Shown: piece by piece, positions 62,501 to 64,000 of the stretch | Layout of the letters: every line of letters starts with the position of its first letter | How positions within the stretch are numbered: position 1 is the first letter of the stretch | Assembly (NCBI GenBank): GCA_965644495.1 | Contig: CBFFSA010000001.1 | Span: 4,071,368 to 4,135,367 of the forward strand | Length of the DNA: 64,000 bases | Origin: Perkinsela sp. CCAP 1560/9 | Taxonomy: Eukaryota; Protista; Euglenozoa: Kinetoplastea | Reading direction: 5' to 3' | Position numbers and translations under genes: made by a program | The notes under the pieces: generated by a model | What the model was told of the DNA's origin: nothing | The model's database searches: none | What the model saw: the letters and a program-made list of their open reading frames with translations, nothing else

Positions 62501-64000
62501 TTTACAAAACACTCGATCTTTACAAAAAACTCGATATTTACGAAACACTCGATATTTACAAAAGATTCGATCTTTACAAAACACTCGATCTTTACAAAAC
62601 ACTCGATCTTTACAAAAAACTCGATCATTGCTAAAAACTCGATCTTTACAAAAAACTCGATATTTACAAAACACTCGATCTTTACAAAAAACTCGATCTT
62701 TGCTAAAAACTCGATATTTACAAAAAACTCGATCTTTACAAAACACTCGGTCTTTACAAAAAACTCGATATTTACGAAACACTCGATATTTACTAAAGAT
62801 TCGATCTTTACATAAAACTGGATCTTTACAAAACACTCGATCTTTACAAACAGGTCGATCTTTACAAAACACTTGATCTTTACAAAAAACTCGATATTTA
62901 CGAAACACTCGATATTTACAAATGATTCGATCTTTACAAAACACTCGATCTTTCCAGAAAATTCGAGCTTTCCAAAAAATTCGAGCTTTACAAAACACTC
63001 GATCTTCACAAAAAACTCGATCTTTACAAAACACTCGATCTTTACAAAACACTCGATCTTTACAAAAAATTCGATCTTTACAAAACACTCGATCTTTACC
63101 AAAAACTGGATATTTACGAAACACTCGATATTTACAAAACACTCGATCTTTACATAAAACTGGATCTTTACAAAACACTCGATCTTTACAAACAACTCGA
63201 TCTTTACAAAAAACTCGATCTTTGCTAAAAACTCGATATTTATAAAACACTCGATCTTTACAAAAAACTCGATCATTGCTAAAAACTCGATCTTTACAAA
63301 AAACTCGATCTTTACAAAACACTCGATCTTTACAAAAAACTCGATATTTACGAAACACTCGATATTTACAAAAGATTCGATCTTTACAAAACACTCGATC
63401 TTTACAAAACACTCGATCTTTACAAAAAACTCGATCGTTGCTAAAAACTCGATCTTTACAAAAAACTCGATATTTACAAAACACTCGATCTTTACAAAAA
63501 ACTCGATCTTTACAAAAAACTCGATCATTGCTAAAAACTCGATCTTTACGAAAAACTCGATATTTACGAAACACTCGATCTTTACAAAACACTCGATCTT
63601 TGCTAAAAACTCGATCTTTACATAAAACTCGATCTTTATATAAGACTCGATCTTTACTAAAAACTCGATCTTTACAAAACACTCGATCTTTACTAAAAAC
63701 TCGATATTTACAAAACACTCGATCTTTACAAAACACTCGATCTTTACAAAAAACTCGATCTTTGCTAAAGACTCGATCTTTGCTAAAAACTCGATCTTTA
63801 CAAAAAACTCGATATTTACGAAACACTCGATATTTAAAAAAAAGATTTGATCTTTACATAAAACTGGATCTTTACAAAACACTCGATCTTTACAAACAAC
63901 TCGATCTTTACAAAACACTCGATCTTTGCTAAAAACTCGATCTTTACTAAAAACTCGATGCTTACAAAACACTCGATCTTTACAAAAAACTCGATCTTTA
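56568..64000 (-). repeat. Same 18-bp satellite in inverted orientation; mirror image of 24672-32104
   Basis: Repeats TTTACAAAAAACTCGATC. Rare variants mirror exactly (GATCAAATC 24820 vs GATTTGATC 63844; GCATCGAG 24711 vs CTCGATGC 63954). Mirrored ORFs have identical translations with coordinate sum 88672. Confidence 0.99.

Larger units (their letters stand above)
51586..64000 (-). repeat. Right arm of giant inverted repeat
   Basis: Reverse complement of 24672-37085; inner boundary CAATGCACGTA at 51586. Confidence 0.95.

Overview
This is eukaryotic, repeat-dominated DNA with no intact host gene; the host may be a protist, but I cannot identify it. Positions 1-32104 are an 18-bp satellite (consensus GATCGAGTTTTTTGTAAA), and 56568-64000 are the same satellite inverted. 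Each array continues inward into about 5 kb of non-satellite DNA, forming a giant inverted repeat: position p pairs with about 88672-p, giving arms 24672-37085 and 51586-64000 (the right arm is cut by the window edge). The arms enclose a ~14.5-kb core that holds most of a ~5.14-kb tandem duplication. The 24.5-kb island between the arrays is a mosaic of decayed mobile-element fragments: a CRE-clade non-LTR reverse transcriptase; a probable retroelement 5' region with a C2H2 finger and a 2A-like GIESNPGP motif; a Helitron Rep/helicase gene in pieces; a bacterial-type IS30 transposase split by a MITE; a tyrosine recombinase fragment; a tRNA-headed structured SINE-like element; and a foldback MITE. 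Co-oriented copies of one non-coding 'linker' repeat punctuate the mosaic. Two linker copies bound a 2.5-kb composite insertion flanked by a 15-bp target-site duplication. The long ORFs in the satellite are artefacts of its 18-bp period. All protein assignments rest on motifs recognised by eye, not on database searches.
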